A DNA stretch of 64,000 nt from the NCBI GenBank assembly GCA_026004535.1, contig BPJI01000001.1, forward strand, positions 15,915 to 79,914. Reading direction: 5' to 3'. How positions within the stretch are numbered: the stretch's first letter is position 1; the number at the start of each line of letters is the position of its first letter. Below are positions 19,501 to 30,287 of the stretch, piece after piece. The notes below the pieces were generated by a model. It did not search any database and was not told the origin of the DNA. It saw nothing but the letters and a program-made list of their open reading frames with translations. The stretch is from Candidatus Parcubacteria bacterium (GTDB lineage Bacteria > Patescibacteriota > Minisyncoccia > UBA6257 > HR35). The translations under genes and the position numbers were made by a program.

Positions 19501-21011
19501 ACATCTTCGATCCATCTTTGGGTAAACAATTCATTCTTCAACTTAGCTCCTATTTTTTGATAACTTAAACCTGAATTTAAAAACTGAAAGATTGAGTAAA
19601 TTAATTTCTCTCGCTCTAATAATATTTTTTTCTTAGCCCTTAAATAAATACTATAAATACTTGCTTTAGCCATTCTTCCTCGGTTATACTCATAACCTAT
19701 TTTTGACCAAAGATTCAAAAGTGATTCTAATTTGCTTGAAAAAACTAGTTCTAAAGAAATAGTTAAATTTCCATTTTTATCTTTTATTAGTCTTCTTTTA
19801 TTTATTTTTGTTGTTTCAACCCCAAATTCTTGACAAAGCTTGGCAATATCATTAAGAAAATCTAATCCATTTTTAACTAAATCAATTCTTTTGTTCATTG
19901 GATAAACAGGAGAATCAAAGCCAAATCTTCTTTTAAGACGACGATGAGGGGTTCTAAGTTCACAACCAAATAAAGTAGCTAAAAATAATCTTTTTTGCCA
20001 TAATGGTGCTTTAAAAATCCATTTAGGTACTCTGTATTTTTGATTAACTTTATTTCCTAATGGAGCACCTAAAGAAGCTAATAAAATTAAAAGACTTGAA
20101 GCATTAACATAAAATTCATAAGCTTTATATTTCCCATCCTTTATCCTTCTATAAATTTTTGAAGAATGATAGCCAATTTTTGATAAGTCTTCTTTAATCT
20201 CTAATAAATCTTCTTTTTCACCAACAAAAGATAAAACTCCGTCTTTCTTTTTACCAATAAAATTCATTGATCCATCACCAAAAATAAAAGCTAAAATTTT
20301 AATAACTTCTGGAAGTTTAGGATTGTCATAGGTTAGAGGTATGAGATTTTTTTCTTTTAATTTTTTTATAATAATTTTTAATGAATTTTTACTTTTAGAA
20401 GGATTGATTTTATTAAAAGTTTCTTTGATTGACTTTTCATCAACTATTATTTCTGAACCCGGTTTTTCAAAATGAACTCCTTCAAATCCACAAACAAGAA
20501 CTTCATCACCTATTTTTAAGTCTTCTATTTTTTTCATCCCATCCCAAGTAAAAATTGGATGGTCTTGGGTAGCAGTTATTTCTAAGCCAGATTTGGTAGT
20601 CAATTTAAATATTTTGTTATAAGGTTTTAATTTGTAAAACCTCAAAATATTGGCTTTGACTAATTTAGCTTTGCTTTTGTCAAAAAGGCAAATTTTTTCA
20701 TTTTTATATATTTTTTCAAAATCTTCAATATTTAAATAATAACCATAAGAACTTAAAATTTTAGTTCCTTTAATTAAACAAAAACCATAACCTTCATGAA
20801 CATCGGGCATAGCTAAAGCATACTTATAGGCCCCAGGTAAAGTTGCCATATTCACTAATTGCCATAAACTTTTATCTTCCAAAATATCATCCAGCATTTT
20901 TTCAGAAGCAAAAATCCGAGCAGGTACTTTCATATCTTCACGAAAACTTTGAGGAATTTCCCAAATATAATCTGAAACTTTAATTAAATCCTTTTTCTCT
21001 GGTTTTTTCAT
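16569..21011 (-). CDS. rtcB: RNA ligase RtcB with two inteins (~486 aa after splicing)
   Basis: MPDVHEGYGF, GFDIN/CGVR, GAGNHF, HRKGAT, HGAGR; start moved to MKKPEKK because the longer ORF overlaps glyA. Confidence 0.95.
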   Translation of the reverse strand: MKKPEKKDLIKVSDYIWEIPQSFREDMKVPARIFASEKMLDDILEDKSLWQLVNMATLPGAYKYALAMPDVHEGYGFCLIKGTKILSSYGYYLNIEDFEKIYKNEKICLFDKSKAKLVKANILRFYKLKPYNKIFKLTTKSGLEITATQDHPIFTWDGMKKIEDLKIGDEVLVCGFEGVHFEKPGSEIIVDEKSIKETFNKINPSKSKNSLKIIIKKLKEKNLIPLTYDNPKLPEVIKILAFIFGDGSMNFIGKKKDGVLSFVGEKEDLLEIKEDLSKIGYHSSKIYRRIKDGKYKAYEFYVNASSLLILLASLGAPLGNKVNQKYRVPKWIFKAPLWQKRLFLATLFGCELRTPHRRLKRRFGFDSPVYPMNKRIDLVKNGLDFLNDIAKLCQEFGVETTKINKRRLIKDKNGNLTISLELVFSSKLESLLNLWSKIGYEYNRGRMAKASIYSIYLRAKKKILLEREKLIYSIFQFLNSGLSYQKIGAKLKNELFTQRWIEDVCYRLNNNLNYLKPKVPTKFISLRDFVKTKALSNSGFCFDEIEKIEEVDYSDYVYDLTVNHQDHNFIANNFVVSNCVGGVLATDLGKEGTVSPGGVGFDINCLHPDTLVNLENGTYLEIKDLNKDFEVYLLNKKKKKLEKAKIILNLKRKETKLLKIKTKFGNEILITPDHPIYTLFGMKEAKNLEIGEKILTYPFKGVKYEKPKRILILSKEKFIEFCTKNGITKKGNQLAQITNYLERKNLLPLYSDSFVFPYIIKIFAYALGDGNIPKNFNHLSLWGQLGDLKLIKKDLEKIGVNSIIVKRKKKHKLINTYGKNCEFERTEYCLRISKSFALLLGALGYPIGKKTEVEFKLPYWLKKLPLWQKRLFLASFFGAELSSPSAFHKFNLSALVLNINKNKKLVNNGLEFMQEIRDMLKEFGIETSEIKVMEELGIKNKTIGLRFQIKSEPKNLIRFFEAIGFEYNQEKQKLSNLALAYLKYKEKIKNQRQDIRNKIKEYYLINRVSKRELVKVFSSEFINERFIERSIWEGASEVRIAFNFLSFKDFIKFYSYGDFVIDEIEGIEEINYSGYVYDLTIDHPDHNFIANNIVVSNCGVRLLVSPFYYEEIKDKIPKLTEQIFKEVPSGVGRGGFWRLNNNEMKKVLEEGAKWLYEIGYATKEDLEATESYGKIEGADSDRVSKTAKDRGRDQLGTIGAGNHFVEIQRVAEIFPAWSTDKNEEIAKKLGLEKNKVCVLIHCGSRGLGHQVATDYIREALRYLDKQGIDLVDRELAYFPYSHELGQAYLSAMKASANFAFANRQLITYEVRKAFKKVFGKEIELKQVYDVAHNIVKIEEYDNKKLLVHRKGATRAFWQGHSELPEKYRQIGQPTLIPGSMGTSSYVLIGQELAKEISFGSAPHGAGRMMSRAEAKRKIRGSELKKELEGRGISVAAGSMSGLAEEAPIAYKDVSAVVDVVHNIGIAKKVVKLVPIGVIKG
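17349..17369. repeat. Degenerate 21-bp palindrome inserted in frame in rtcB
   Basis: cttgtctgtcgaccaggcagg, close to the palindrome cctgcctg..caggcagg; adds PAWSTDK between IF and NEEIAK. Confidence 0.55.
17721..19199 (-). mobile_element. Intein 2 in RtcB (493 aa, LAGLIDADG endonuclease)
   Basis: DIN|CLHPDT...TPDHP...YALGDG...VYDLTI..HNFIANNIVVSN|CGVR. Confidence 0.95.
19278..20780 (-). mobile_element. Intein 1 in RtcB (501 aa, LAGLIDADG endonuclease)
   Basis: YGF|CLIKGT...TQDHP...FIFGDGS...VYDLTV..HNFIANNFVVSN|CVGG. Confidence 0.95.
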
Positions 21012-21027
21012 AATATAATAATTATAA

Positions 21028-22395
21028 ATGGATAAGAAATTATGGCAGATAATTGAAAAAGAAATAAAAAGGCAAGAAGAAACTTTAGATCTCATTCCCT
21101 CAGAAAATTTTGTTGACTTAGAAACCCTATTTATAGTTGGTTCCCCTTTAATGAATAAATATGCTGAAGGTTATCCTGGTAAAAGATATTATCCGGGAAA
21201 TAAATTTATTGATGAAATTGAAAATTTGGCTAAAGAAAGAGCTTTAAAGGTTTTTAAGTTAAATCCTAATGAGTGGGCAGTCAACGTTCAGCCTTATTCA
21301 GGTTCACCAGCAAATTTAGCTGTTTATTTAGCTTTAGCTGAACCAGGAGAGACAATAATGGGATTAAATCTGTTTCATGGTGGTCATTTAACTCATGGCC
21401 ATAAAGTTAGTTATACTGGTAAATTATTTAAATCAGTTCAATATGGAGTTAATCCTCAAACTGAAACAATTGATTATGAAGAATTAGAAAAATTAGTTTT
21501 GGAATATAAACCAAAAATCATTATTTCAGGAACAACTGCTTATCCAAGAACAATTGATTTTAAAAGAATTGGAGAAATTGCTAAAAAAGTCGGAGCTTAT
21601 CATGTTGCTGATACTTCGCATATTGCTGGTTTAGTTATTGCTAATTTGCATCCTTCTCCATTTTCCTTTGCTGATATAGTTACAATGACAACTCATAAAA
21701 CTTTAAGAGGACCAAGAGGAGCAGTTATTTTTATGAGGAAAGAACTTGAAGAAAAAATTAATAAATCTGTTTTTCCTGGTCTTCAAGGAGGACCACATAT
21801 GCAGACAATTGCTGGAATTGCTTATGCTTTTGGTCGAGCTTTGAAAAAAGATTTTTTTAATTATCAAAAACAAATAGTTAAAAATGCAAAATTTTTAGCT
21901 GAAGAACTTAAAAAAAGAGGCTTTAAATTATATACTGATGGAACCGATAATCATTTAATGATAGTTGACCTAAAACCTTTAACTCAAACTTCCTTAGGAT
22001 GCATGCAGACTAAAGCATATAGTAAACAGAACTACAACAAATTAACGCAGAAATTAGATAAAAATTCAAATTCTACTCAATCTATAGGGAAAATTGCTGA
22101 AACTCTTTTAGAAAGAGCAAATATTATCGCCAATCGTAATTCTTTACCTTCGGATACTTCACCCTTCAATCCTACTGGTATTAGATTAGGTACACCAGCA
22201 GTCACTAGTCGAGGAATGAAAGAAAAAGAAATGAAACTTATTGCTGAATTTTTTGAAAGAATCTTAATTAAAAAAGAAAAGCCAGAGAGAATTAAAAAAG
22301 AAGTTATTAAATTAGTAAAGAATTTTCCTTTGCCTTATAGAAAATGGCTGATTAGATTACATTTACTACCTTCTTCCAGATTTTTTTACCACTAA
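21028..22395 (+). CDS. glyA: Serine hydroxymethyltransferase with a ~33-aa insertion
   Basis: [42 protein letters not shown]. Confidence 0.97.
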   Translation: MDKKLWQIIEKEIKRQEETLDLIPSENFVDLETLFIVGSPLMNKYAEGYPGKRYYPGNKFIDEIENLAKERALKVFKLNPNEWAVNVQPYSGSPANLAVYLALAEPGETIMGLNLFHGGHLTHGHKVSYTGKLFKSVQYGVNPQTETIDYEELEKLVLEYKPKIIISGTTAYPRTIDFKRIGEIAKKVGAYHVADTSHIAGLVIANLHPSPFSFADIVTMTTHKTLRGPRGAVIFMRKELEEKINKSVFPGLQGGPHMQTIAGIAYAFGRALKKDFFNYQKQIVKNAKFLAEELKKRGFKLYTDGTDNHLMIVDLKPLTQTSLGCMQTKAYSKQNYNKLTQKLDKNSNSTQSIGKIAETLLERANIIANRNSLPSDTSPFNPTGIRLGTPAVTSRGMKEKEMKLIAEFFERILIKKEKPERIKKEVIKLVKNFPLPYRKWLIRLHLLPSSRFFYH

Positions 22396-22624
22396 AAGTT
22401 GTTTTTCTAATCGTTTTAAATTTTACTTTTCCCTCTTTTAAAGCATAAATAGTATCATCATCAGCTAGGGCGACATTTTTCCCAGGCAAAAATTTTGTTC
22501 CCCTTTGACGAACAATAATGTATCCAGGTTTTACAATTTGACCATCAAAAACCTTAACGCCTAAATATTTTGGTTTGGAATCTTTTCCGGCTCTAGCTGT
22601 TTTTCCTGACTTTTTCTGAGCCAT
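22352..22624 (-). CDS. rpmA: 50S ribosomal protein L27
   Basis: [23 protein letters not shown]. Confidence 0.97.
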   Translation of the reverse strand: MAQKKSGKTARAGKDSKPKYLGVKVFDGQIVKPGYIIVRQRGTKFLPGKNVALADDDTIYALKEGKVKFKTIRKTTFSGKKIWKKVVNVI

Positions 22625-25600
22625 TGTCTAAATTCTTCGCCAATTAATGGCTTACGACCAATAATAATGTTTTCTTTAATTCCTCTTAAAGGATCATCGC
22701 GACATTCTAGAGCTGCTCTAACTAAAGCTCTAGCAGTTTCTTGAAATGAAGCTGAAGATAAAAAGCTATAAGCAGTTAAAGCAACATTTTTAATTCCCGT
22801 TAAAAGCAAAATACCTTTAGCTAATTTTTTACCTTCAGCCTTTAATCTCTTGTTTTCCTCTAAGAACATATCTTTTTCCACAATTTCATCAACTACAAAC
22901 TCACTCTCGCCTGGATCAATTACTCTTACCCGAGAAAACATTTTTCGTATAACGATTTCAACATATTTGTTATGAATTCCTGCACCTTGAGGATTATAAA
23001 TTTTCTTAACCTCCTCTAAAACATACTTAAAAGCTTCTAATTTACCGCGGTTAGTATAAATTTTTTTAGGGTCAGCTAAACCTTCATTTAAAATATCACC
23101 ACGATTTATTTTATCTCCCTTCTTAACCAAAAGTCTAAATTTTCTTGGAATCTTTATTTCAATTGTTTCCTTTTTCTCAGTCTTTTTATTTTTGACTACA
23201 ATTTGTAAAACATAATATTTTGGGGTATCAAGTATATTTTTAACCTTACCGGAAAATGGAGCAATAATGCTCTCCATTCTTGGCTGTCGAGCTTCAAAAA
23301 TTTCTTCAACACGAGGAAGCCCCAAAGTAATATCACCGGCAGTAATAACACCACCATAGTGGAAAGTTCTCATTGTCAATTGCGTACCAGGTTCACCAAT
23401 TGATTGAGCCGCAATGATGCCAATGGCTTCACCAAGTTTAATTAATTGATTATTGCCCAAATCTAAACCAAAACATTTTTGACAAATACCATACAAAGTT
23501 TTACAAGTAAATGGCGAACGAACTCTAATTTTTTCTATACCGGCTTCTTCAATTTTTTTAGCTATTTCTCTAGTTATGATTTCATCTTTATTAACTAAAA
23601 TATTGCCATCTTTATCTTTAACCGTCTCCAAACTAAACCTTGAATAAATTTGTTCAGCAAATCTATCACCAACTTTTTGACATTCATTTTTGTCAATAAC
23701 AATACCGGACTCATCACCACAATCAACTTCTTTAATAATCAAATCATGTAAAGCATCAACTAATCGGCGAGTTAAATAACCTGAACGTGGAGTTTTTAAG
23801 GCTTTATCAGCTGCTCCTTTTCTTGCTCCATGAGTACTAATAAAATATTCTAATGGAGAAAAGCCTTTTTTATAAGAAGAGACAATTGGTAAATCAATTG
23901 CTTCACCAGTTGGTTTAGCTACAATACCCTTAACTGCTGTCATTTGAAGAAGCTGAGGATAACTACCTCGACCACCAGAATCAATCATGATTCTTGGATT
24001 ACTTAATGGCGATGTTTCCTTTTTTAAACTACTGGTAATGTCTTTATTGGCTAAACTCCAAATTTCTTCTAATTGAGCTCTTTTTTCGCTTTCACTTATC
24101 CAACCAGCTTGATAGGCACTAAGAATTTTTTTATGTCGCTCAAGACATTCATTAATTATCTTTTCCAAATTAGAAGGAGTAACCAGATCATCAACACCTA
24201 AAGTTAAACCACTCAAGGTTGAATATCTAAAACCAAGTTCTTTCAGGCTATCTAGGATAAAGGCCAATCTCTCACCGCCATATTGATTAAAAAGTTCATG
24301 AATTAATTCGGCGATTGTGTCTTTGCTGATAACCTCATTAACAAAACGAAAATCAGTAGGCAAGTTTTGATTAAAAATTAATCGGCCAACCGATGTTTCA
24401 ACATTTTTCTCGTTCTTAATTTCATTAATAATAATTTTAGCCTGTAAATCTAATTGATTAATTGAATAAAGATAAATAGCTGTTTTGGGGTCTAAAATTT
24501 TTCCTTCACCCTTTTTACCTTCAGTAATATAAGTTAGGTAATATAAACCACTTAACATATCGTGTCTTGGCTTAACAATTGGATCACCAGTTGCAGGTTT
24601 GAATAAAGTTTTATTGGCAGACATAATTTCTCTGGCTTCTTTTTGAGCCTTAGTTGAAAGAGGCAAAAAGACTCCCATTTGATCTCCATCAAAATCAGCA
24701 TTATAACCCTCACAAACTAGAGGAGGAATTCTAATTGCTAAACCCTCAGTTAAAACAGGCTTGAAAGCTAAAAAACTTAATTTATGTAAAGTCGGTGGAC
24801 GATTAAGTAAAACATATTTATTTTGAACGGCTCTTTCTAAAGCAGCCAAAGCATCGGGATCTTGAATTTCAATCAGATAACTAGCTTGTTTATTTGTCTG
24901 CACCTTGTTTTCTTTCAAAAGTTCATAAATCACAAAAGGTTTAAAAATTTCAAAGGCAAGTTTTTTGGGTAAGCCACATTCATCAATCCTTAACTTTGGA
25001 TCAACAACAATAACTGATCTACCTGAATAATCAACCCTTTTACCTAAAAGATTTTGCCTAAATCTTCCCTCTTTACCTTTTAAATTATCAGCTAATGATT
25101 TAATAACTTTACGCTTACCGATTGTTATTTGGGTCTTTTTACGAGAGATATCAATTAAAGTATCAACAGCTTCCTGAAGCATTCTTTTTTCATTTCTTAA
25201 AATTATTTCTGGAGTTTTAAGGTCAATTAATTTTTTAAGTCGATTGTTGCGATTAATTATTCGTCGATAAAGATCGTTTAAATCTGAAGAGGTATATTTA
25301 CCACCAGCTAATTGGACAATTGGCCTTAGATCAGGAGGAATAACGGGCAAAACAGTAAATATCATCCATTCAGGACGACGATTATGCTTAATAAAAGCAT
25401 TAACAAATCTTAATTTCAAAGAAAGATTCTTTTTTTCAATACCAGTCGCTTTGGGCAGTTTCTTTAAAATATCTTTTCTCATTTCTTCTAAATCAATCTC
25501 TTCTAGAAATCTACGAATTGGTTCAACACCAATACCAACTTCAAAAGTATTAGGATATTTACGAGAAAAATAGAAATATTCAGTATCAGAAAGAACCTTT

Positions 25601-26169
25601 TTAACCTGAATTGTTTTTAATTCTTCTTTAATTTGATTAAAAATAATTGTTTTTTGCTTTTTCTCTTCCCTTGATTCAGCCTTAGCCATAAATTCTTTAT
25701 ATTCTTTCTCAATTTCAGTTAAAATTCTTTTTTTCTCTTCCTCATTAACACGAGTAATAATATAAGCAGAATAGTAAATAACTTTTTCTAATTGATATAA
25801 AGGAATGTCTAAAAATAGTTTCAAAGGATAAGGATAAACTTTTAGGAACCAAATGTGAGCACAAGGAGAGACTAAAGTAATATGCCCCATTCTTTCCCGC
25901 CTAACTGAAGAGTGAGTAACCTCAACTCCACATCTTTCGCAAACTATGCCCTTAACTTGAGGATTTTTATATTTACCACAAGCACATTCATAGTTTTTCA
26001 TTGGACCAAAAATTACTTCCGAGAAAAGACCAAGTCTTTCTGGCTTACCAGTTCGATAATTAATTGTCTCTGGCCTTAAAACTTCTCCCTTGCTCCAAGT
26101 TAAAATCTCCTCAGGCGAAGCAATCTTTAAAACTAATTTTTCAATTTCGGTTGTAGAAATATTTCTCAT
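22561..26169 (-). CDS. rpoC: RNA polymerase beta' subunit
   Basis: NADFDGD, zinc finger, [13 protein letters not shown]. Confidence 0.99.
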   Translation of the reverse strand: MRNISTTEIEKLVLKIASPEEILTWSKGEVLRPETINYRTGKPERLGLFSEVIFGPMKNYECACGKYKNPQVKGIVCERCGVEVTHSSVRRERMGHITLVSPCAHIWFLKVYPYPLKLFLDIPLYQLEKVIYYSAYIITRVNEEEKKRILTEIEKEYKEFMAKAESREEKKQKTIIFNQIKEELKTIQVKKVLSDTEYFYFSRKYPNTFEVGIGVEPIRRFLEEIDLEEMRKDILKKLPKATGIEKKNLSLKLRFVNAFIKHNRRPEWMIFTVLPVIPPDLRPIVQLAGGKYTSSDLNDLYRRIINRNNRLKKLIDLKTPEIILRNEKRMLQEAVDTLIDISRKKTQITIGKRKVIKSLADNLKGKEGRFRQNLLGKRVDYSGRSVIVVDPKLRIDECGLPKKLAFEIFKPFVIYELLKENKVQTNKQASYLIEIQDPDALAALERAVQNKYVLLNRPPTLHKLSFLAFKPVLTEGLAIRIPPLVCEGYNADFDGDQMGVFLPLSTKAQKEAREIMSANKTLFKPATGDPIVKPRHDMLSGLYYLTYITEGKKGEGKILDPKTAIYLYSINQLDLQAKIIINEIKNEKNVETSVGRLIFNQNLPTDFRFVNEVISKDTIAELIHELFNQYGGERLAFILDSLKELGFRYSTLSGLTLGVDDLVTPSNLEKIINECLERHKKILSAYQAGWISESEKRAQLEEIWSLANKDITSSLKKETSPLSNPRIMIDSGGRGSYPQLLQMTAVKGIVAKPTGEAIDLPIVSSYKKGFSPLEYFISTHGARKGAADKALKTPRSGYLTRRLVDALHDLIIKEVDCGDESGIVIDKNECQKVGDRFAEQIYSRFSLETVKDKDGNILVNKDEIITREIAKKIEEAGIEKIRVRSPFTCKTLYGICQKCFGLDLGNNQLIKLGEAIGIIAAQSIGEPGTQLTMRTFHYGGVITAGDITLGLPRVEEIFEARQPRMESIIAPFSGKVKNILDTPKYYVLQIVVKNKKTEKKETIEIKIPRKFRLLVKKGDKINRGDILNEGLADPKKIYTNRGKLEAFKYVLEEVKKIYNPQGAGIHNKYVEIVIRKMFSRVRVIDPGESEFVVDEIVEKDMFLEENKRLKAEGKKLAKGILLLTGIKNVALTAYSFLSSASFQETARALVRAALECRDDPLRGIKENIIIGRKPLIGEEFRQWLRKSQEKQLEPEKIPNQNI

Positions 26170-29100
26170 TCTTGTTTAATTTCTTTAACTTGGACTTTTT
26201 CAATTTCTGGCGATTTTTCTTTTTCTTCTTCTTGACGATAATGAATTTCAATATTTAAACCTAAACCTCTAAGTTCATTAATTAAAACATTAAAAATAGC
26301 TGGCGAGGAAGTGGTTTCGACATCTTCGCCTTTAGTTATTCTTTCATAAGTCAAATGACGACCACGAATATCATCAGATTTAATTGTCAATGTTTCATGT
26401 AAGATTTCTGTTGCTCCATGCGCTTCAAAAGCCCACATTTCCATTTCACCAACTCTTTGACCCCCAGCCTGGGCTCGACCACCCAATGGTTGTTGAGTAA
26501 TTAGAGAGTAAGGACCAGAAGAACGAGCGTGGATCTTGTCTTCAACCATATGAATTAACTTCATCACAGTCATATAACCAACAACAACTCTTTGAGCAAA
26601 TGGTTCACCAGTTAAACCGTCATAAAGCATTGTTTTACCATCTTCAGGAAGTCCTGCTTTTCTTAATTCCTCTTTAATTTCTTCTGGTGTAACGCCCGAA
26701 AATGGAGGAATTACTGCTCGATAACCTAATTTTTTAGCTGCCAAACCCAAATGAGTCTCTAAAATCTGGCCAAGATTCATTCTTGAAATTACTCCGAGGG
26801 GATTTAAGATAATATCTAATCTTCGGCCATCAGGTAAAAATGGCATATCTTCCTCTTTAGCAATGAGCGAAATTACTCCTTTATTACCATGACGATTGGC
26901 TAATTTGTCACCAACCTGAATTTTTCTTAATTTACCAATTTCAACAAAGATCCTTTTCAAGACGCCTAATTCAGTAATTTCACCTTTGCTTCTTTCTAAA
27001 ATTCTTATCTTAATTACCCTTCCCTCTTTGCCTTGTTCTAAATACAAAGATGAATCTTTCTTTTCCTCAGCTTTTTCTCCAAAAATTGCCTTTAATAATT
27101 TTTCTTCTGGTGTCAGGGTTACCTCTCTTTTAGGAGTAATCTTACCAACTAAAATATCTCCGGGCTTAACCCAAGTACCAACTCTTACTAAACCATCAAC
27201 ATCTAGATTCTTTAATTTAGCCTCGGGCACACCAGGAATATCTGAAGTTGTCATTTCTGGCCCTAAACGAGTATCTAAAACATCAATTGAAAATTCTTCT
27301 AAATAAACAGATGAGAAAATATCTTCTTTTAACAATCTTTCAGAAATAATAATCGCATCTTCGTAATTATATCCATACCAAGACAAAAAACCAACCAAAA
27401 GATTTTGACCTAGGGCCAAAGTGCTATCTTTAATTGCTGGGCCATCAGTTAAAATATCACCTTTTTTAACTTTTTGACCGAGCTTAACAATTGGTTTTTG
27501 ATTATAACAAGTAAATTTAGATGTTCTTTCAAATTTTTTCAATTGATAAACCTTTTTACTGTAACCTCTAGCTGTTTTCACTCTTAAGGTAATATGATCA
27601 GCATCAACTTCAATCACCTCACCGTCTTCCTCAGCAATTAAAACCAAACCTGAATCACGAGCAACTTTTTCCTCTAAACCAGTTGAAACCAAAGGAATAT
27701 CCGGCTTAACTAAAGGTACGGCTTGTTTTTGCATATTTGTTCCCATTTGAGCACGATTAGCATCATTATGTTCACCAAAAGGAATTAAAGAAGTTGAGGC
27801 TGAAAAAATCTGAAAAGGCGAAACATCAATAAACTCAACTTTTTCTCTTTCAATTATTGTTGGCTCGCCTTTAACTCGAGCCTCAACATCTTTTTCTAAA
27901 ATATTTCCTTTATCGTCTATCTTTACAAATCTTGAAGCAATAACATGCTCTTTCTCTTCAGCCGCAGTTAACCAAACTATTTCATTAGTTACTTTGCCAT
28001 TAATGACTTTAAAATAGGGTGTTTCTAAAAAGCCATAAGGATTTCTTCGGCTATATAAAGCCTTAGCTAAGTTAATACCAACGTTTTGACCTTCAACTGG
28101 AGTATGAATTGGGCAAATTTTGCCGTAATGAGTTGGATGAACATCTCTAGCCTCTAGCGTTGCTCTTTCTTTAGTTAAGCCTCCTGGACCACCAGCAGTC
28201 AATTTTCTTTTATGTTCAACTTCAGCTAAAGGATTGGTCTGGTCTAAAATTTGAGAAAGTTGTGAAGTATTAAAAAACTCAATTAAACTATTCAAAAATT
28301 TTCTTGGATAAACAACTTGTGAGGGCATTAAGGCTTGAGTACGATCGACAGAGCTCATTCTATCTTGAATATCTTTTTTAAGTCTAACAATACCAATTCT
28401 AGCTTGATTTTCCAAAAGTTCGCCAACATCACGGACACGTCGATTATATAGAGAATCAACTTCGTCAGCTTCAGCTAAAGGATCATTATTTAAACGAACG
28501 ATTTCTTTTAATGTTTCTAGAATATCTTCTTTTTCTAAAGTTAAAGATTGAGAATTTCTTTTAAGTCTTCGGTTTAAATGATAACGGCCAATATCAAAAA
28601 GATTGTAACGACCAAGATTTAAGAATGTCGATTCAAAATAAAAAACAGCATTATCATAGGTATTAGGTTCAAAAGATTTTAATTTACGATGGATTTCTAA
28701 AAGAGCCTCTTCTTTTGTTTGAGTTTCATCTTTTTTTAGTGTATTATCAATTAAATCAAATTCATCCTTGATTCCCTTAAAAGCTTCTAAAATTTCTTCA
28801 TTATTTTCATAACCAAAGGCTTTAAGCAAAATAGTGGCATAGACTTTTTTACGACGATCGATTCTGACAGTAATAACATTAGTTGGCTCAGTTTGAAATT
28901 CAAGCCAAGCTCCTTGTTGAGGTAAAATTTTAGCACCAAATTTTTTAGATTCACCGTAAATAAGATAGTTAAAATAAATTCCTGGAGAGCGGAGAAGTTG
29001 ATTGACAATTACTCTTTCGATACCATTAATAATGAAAGAACAATTTTTAGTCATAATCGGAATTTCACCGAAAAATATTTTTTGTGTTCTTTCCTCTCTA

Positions 29101-29372
29101 GCAACCAGATTCTCTAATTTAAGAGTAATTCTTAAAGGAGCAGCGTAATTAACACCATAATATTTTGCTTCTTCTTCAGTAATTTTTGGTTCACCAATTT
29201 CATAATCAACAAAATCTAACTTAAGTTCTTTTTCTGAATAATCATAAATAGGAAAATAATCCTGAAAAACCTTTCTCAATCCTTCACTTAAAAATCGATT
29301 AAATGAGTTTTGTAAATCCTCCAAAAGATATCCTGGCTCTAAATAGGAAAATTTGGAAAAATTTTTGAGCAT
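26166..29372 (-). CDS. rpoB: RNA polymerase beta subunit
   Basis: GDKLANRHGNKG, SRMNLGQ, QQPLGG..GGQR. Confidence 0.99.
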   Translation of the reverse strand: MLKNFSKFSYLEPGYLLEDLQNSFNRFLSEGLRKVFQDYFPIYDYSEKELKLDFVDYEIGEPKITEEEAKYYGVNYAAPLRITLKLENLVAREERTQKIFFGEIPIMTKNCSFIINGIERVIVNQLLRSPGIYFNYLIYGESKKFGAKILPQQGAWLEFQTEPTNVITVRIDRRKKVYATILLKAFGYENNEEILEAFKGIKDEFDLIDNTLKKDETQTKEEALLEIHRKLKSFEPNTYDNAVFYFESTFLNLGRYNLFDIGRYHLNRRLKRNSQSLTLEKEDILETLKEIVRLNNDPLAEADEVDSLYNRRVRDVGELLENQARIGIVRLKKDIQDRMSSVDRTQALMPSQVVYPRKFLNSLIEFFNTSQLSQILDQTNPLAEVEHKRKLTAGGPGGLTKERATLEARDVHPTHYGKICPIHTPVEGQNVGINLAKALYSRRNPYGFLETPYFKVINGKVTNEIVWLTAAEEKEHVIASRFVKIDDKGNILEKDVEARVKGEPTIIEREKVEFIDVSPFQIFSASTSLIPFGEHNDANRAQMGTNMQKQAVPLVKPDIPLVSTGLEEKVARDSGLVLIAEEDGEVIEVDADHITLRVKTARGYSKKVYQLKKFERTSKFTCYNQKPIVKLGQKVKKGDILTDGPAIKDSTLALGQNLLVGFLSWYGYNYEDAIIISERLLKEDIFSSVYLEEFSIDVLDTRLGPEMTTSDIPGVPEAKLKNLDVDGLVRVGTWVKPGDILVGKITPKREVTLTPEEKLLKAIFGEKAEEKKDSSLYLEQGKEGRVIKIRILERSKGEITELGVLKRIFVEIGKLRKIQVGDKLANRHGNKGVISLIAKEEDMPFLPDGRRLDIILNPLGVISRMNLGQILETHLGLAAKKLGYRAVIPPFSGVTPEEIKEELRKAGLPEDGKTMLYDGLTGEPFAQRVVVGYMTVMKLIHMVEDKIHARSSGPYSLITQQPLGGRAQAGGQRVGEMEMWAFEAHGATEILHETLTIKSDDIRGRHLTYERITKGEDVETTSSPAIFNVLINELRGLGLNIEIHYRQEEEKEKSPEIEKVQVKEIKQE

Positions 29373-29456
29373 AAAAAATTAAAACAAGGCTAAAAGCCTC
29401 TTCGCTAAGATTTTTAAAATTTAATTTTTAATTCCCATCTGGGTTTTAATTTTATT

Positions 29457-29486
29457 ATTATACCATAAAAAGATTAACCTTGTCAA
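29457..29486 (-). promoter_or_regulatory. Consensus sigma70 promoter for rpoBC
   Basis: TTGACA-18 nt-TATAAT with an extended -10 TG, 85 bp upstream of rpoB. Confidence 0.85.
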
Positions 29487-29504
29487 GTACCCCATTTTTG
29501 TATA

Positions 29505-29590
29505 AATTCATAAATTCCTCAGTTGCGAATTACGAGTTAACGAGTTCATTTTTTTTATATTTTGTATTTGAACTCGGAACTTACGAAGCA
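29505..29590. repeat. 8-mer (TAACGAGT-type) fold-back repeat
   Basis: gcgaattacgagttaacgagttc...gaactcgg; related to 31496-31586 and 45478-45520. Confidence 0.6.
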
Positions 29591-29611
29591 AATTCTTTCG
29601 TTGGCGGACCG

Positions 29612-29650
29612 CGCCCGCCGTAGCCCGATGGAGCTTTAACTACGGAGGGC
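29612..29650. repeat. GC-rich REP-like hairpin
   Basis: gcccgccgtag ... ctacggagggc. Confidence 0.6.
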
Positions 29651-29654
29651 AAGG

Positions 29655-29786
29655 GCGGAGGTGGTGGGGCTCGAAAACGGTAAGCTCCACGAAAACCATA
29701 ATTATAACAACGCTATTTTGCTCTCGTTCCTGTTTAGTGCTTTTGGTTAGTTAGGTTGTAGTGGGTTCATCGCCCACCCCCAATCC
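29655..29786 (-). mobile_element. tRNA-3'-end-associated element, Ser copy
   Basis: 21-bp direct repeat of the tRNA 3' end (1 mismatch), an inverted T-arm copy and three blocks shared with 37748-37876. Confidence 0.85.
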
Positions 29787-29789
29787 TTG

Positions 29790-29874
29790 CGGAGGGGGTG
29801 GGGCTCGAACCCACAAGGCCGCAAGGGCCACCGGTTTTCAAGACCGGCCGATTAGCCAATTCTCGCACCCCTCC
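29790..29874 (-). tRNA. tRNA-Ser(TGA)
   Basis: Anticodon loop CTTGAAA, long variable arm, G73 discriminator. Confidence 0.95.
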
Positions 29875-29883
29875 ACTATAAAT

Positions 29884-30286
29884 AGCTTCTCAGCTTCATA
29901 GCCTCTCAGCTTTTAAGCTTATTAATTATAACATACTTTACGACTTGGCAAATTTTTTAAAAACAAACTCACTTCTCCTAACTTGATACGATCGTATTTA
30001 AATAGTAGAAATGAAAAATTTATAGGTTATCCCGATAGAAACATGATATACTACCCGGATTATTACCGGATATAGTTACCCGGATTATTACCGGATAGAT
30101 TACCCGGATGAATACTGGATATATTAGCATGATGGAAAGTATATAATATTATCCTGATGAAAACCGGATATACTACCCGGATTAGTACTGGATATTAATA
30201 CCATGATGAAAACTATATATTATCTAAAGTAAAAATTGAGGACATACGATGTCCCGATATTTTCTTTGAAGCTGAGAAGCTGAGGG
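29884..30286. repeat. Nested repeat block: AGCTTCTC inverted arms enclosing CCGGAT array C and short palindromes
   Basis: agcttctcagcttc (29884) is the reverse complement of gaagctgagaagct (30268); atacgatcgtat at 29986; ggacat-acg-atgtcc at 30240. Confidence 0.7.
30028..30215 (+). repeat. CCGGAT array, copy C (one arm only, partly decayed)
   Basis: tacccggattattaccggat repeated; no reverse arm. Confidence 0.9.
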
Positions 30287-30287
30287 A

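Noticed and set aside
21012-21095. N-terminal extensions of rtcB (also rodA 35296-35430 and gyrA 44666-44698)
   Set aside because: They overlap divergent genes or repeats; downstream ATGs fit family N-termini better
22352-22624. rpmA overlaps with rpoC (64 bp) and glyA (44 bp)
   Set aside because: Explained by non-conserved C-terminal run-ons in a compact genome
29655-29874. Trailer element as a tRNA intron or a hammerhead ribozyme
   Set aside because: The upstream tRNAs are already complete, and I could not find a CUGANGA/GAAA core or group I/II intron motifs
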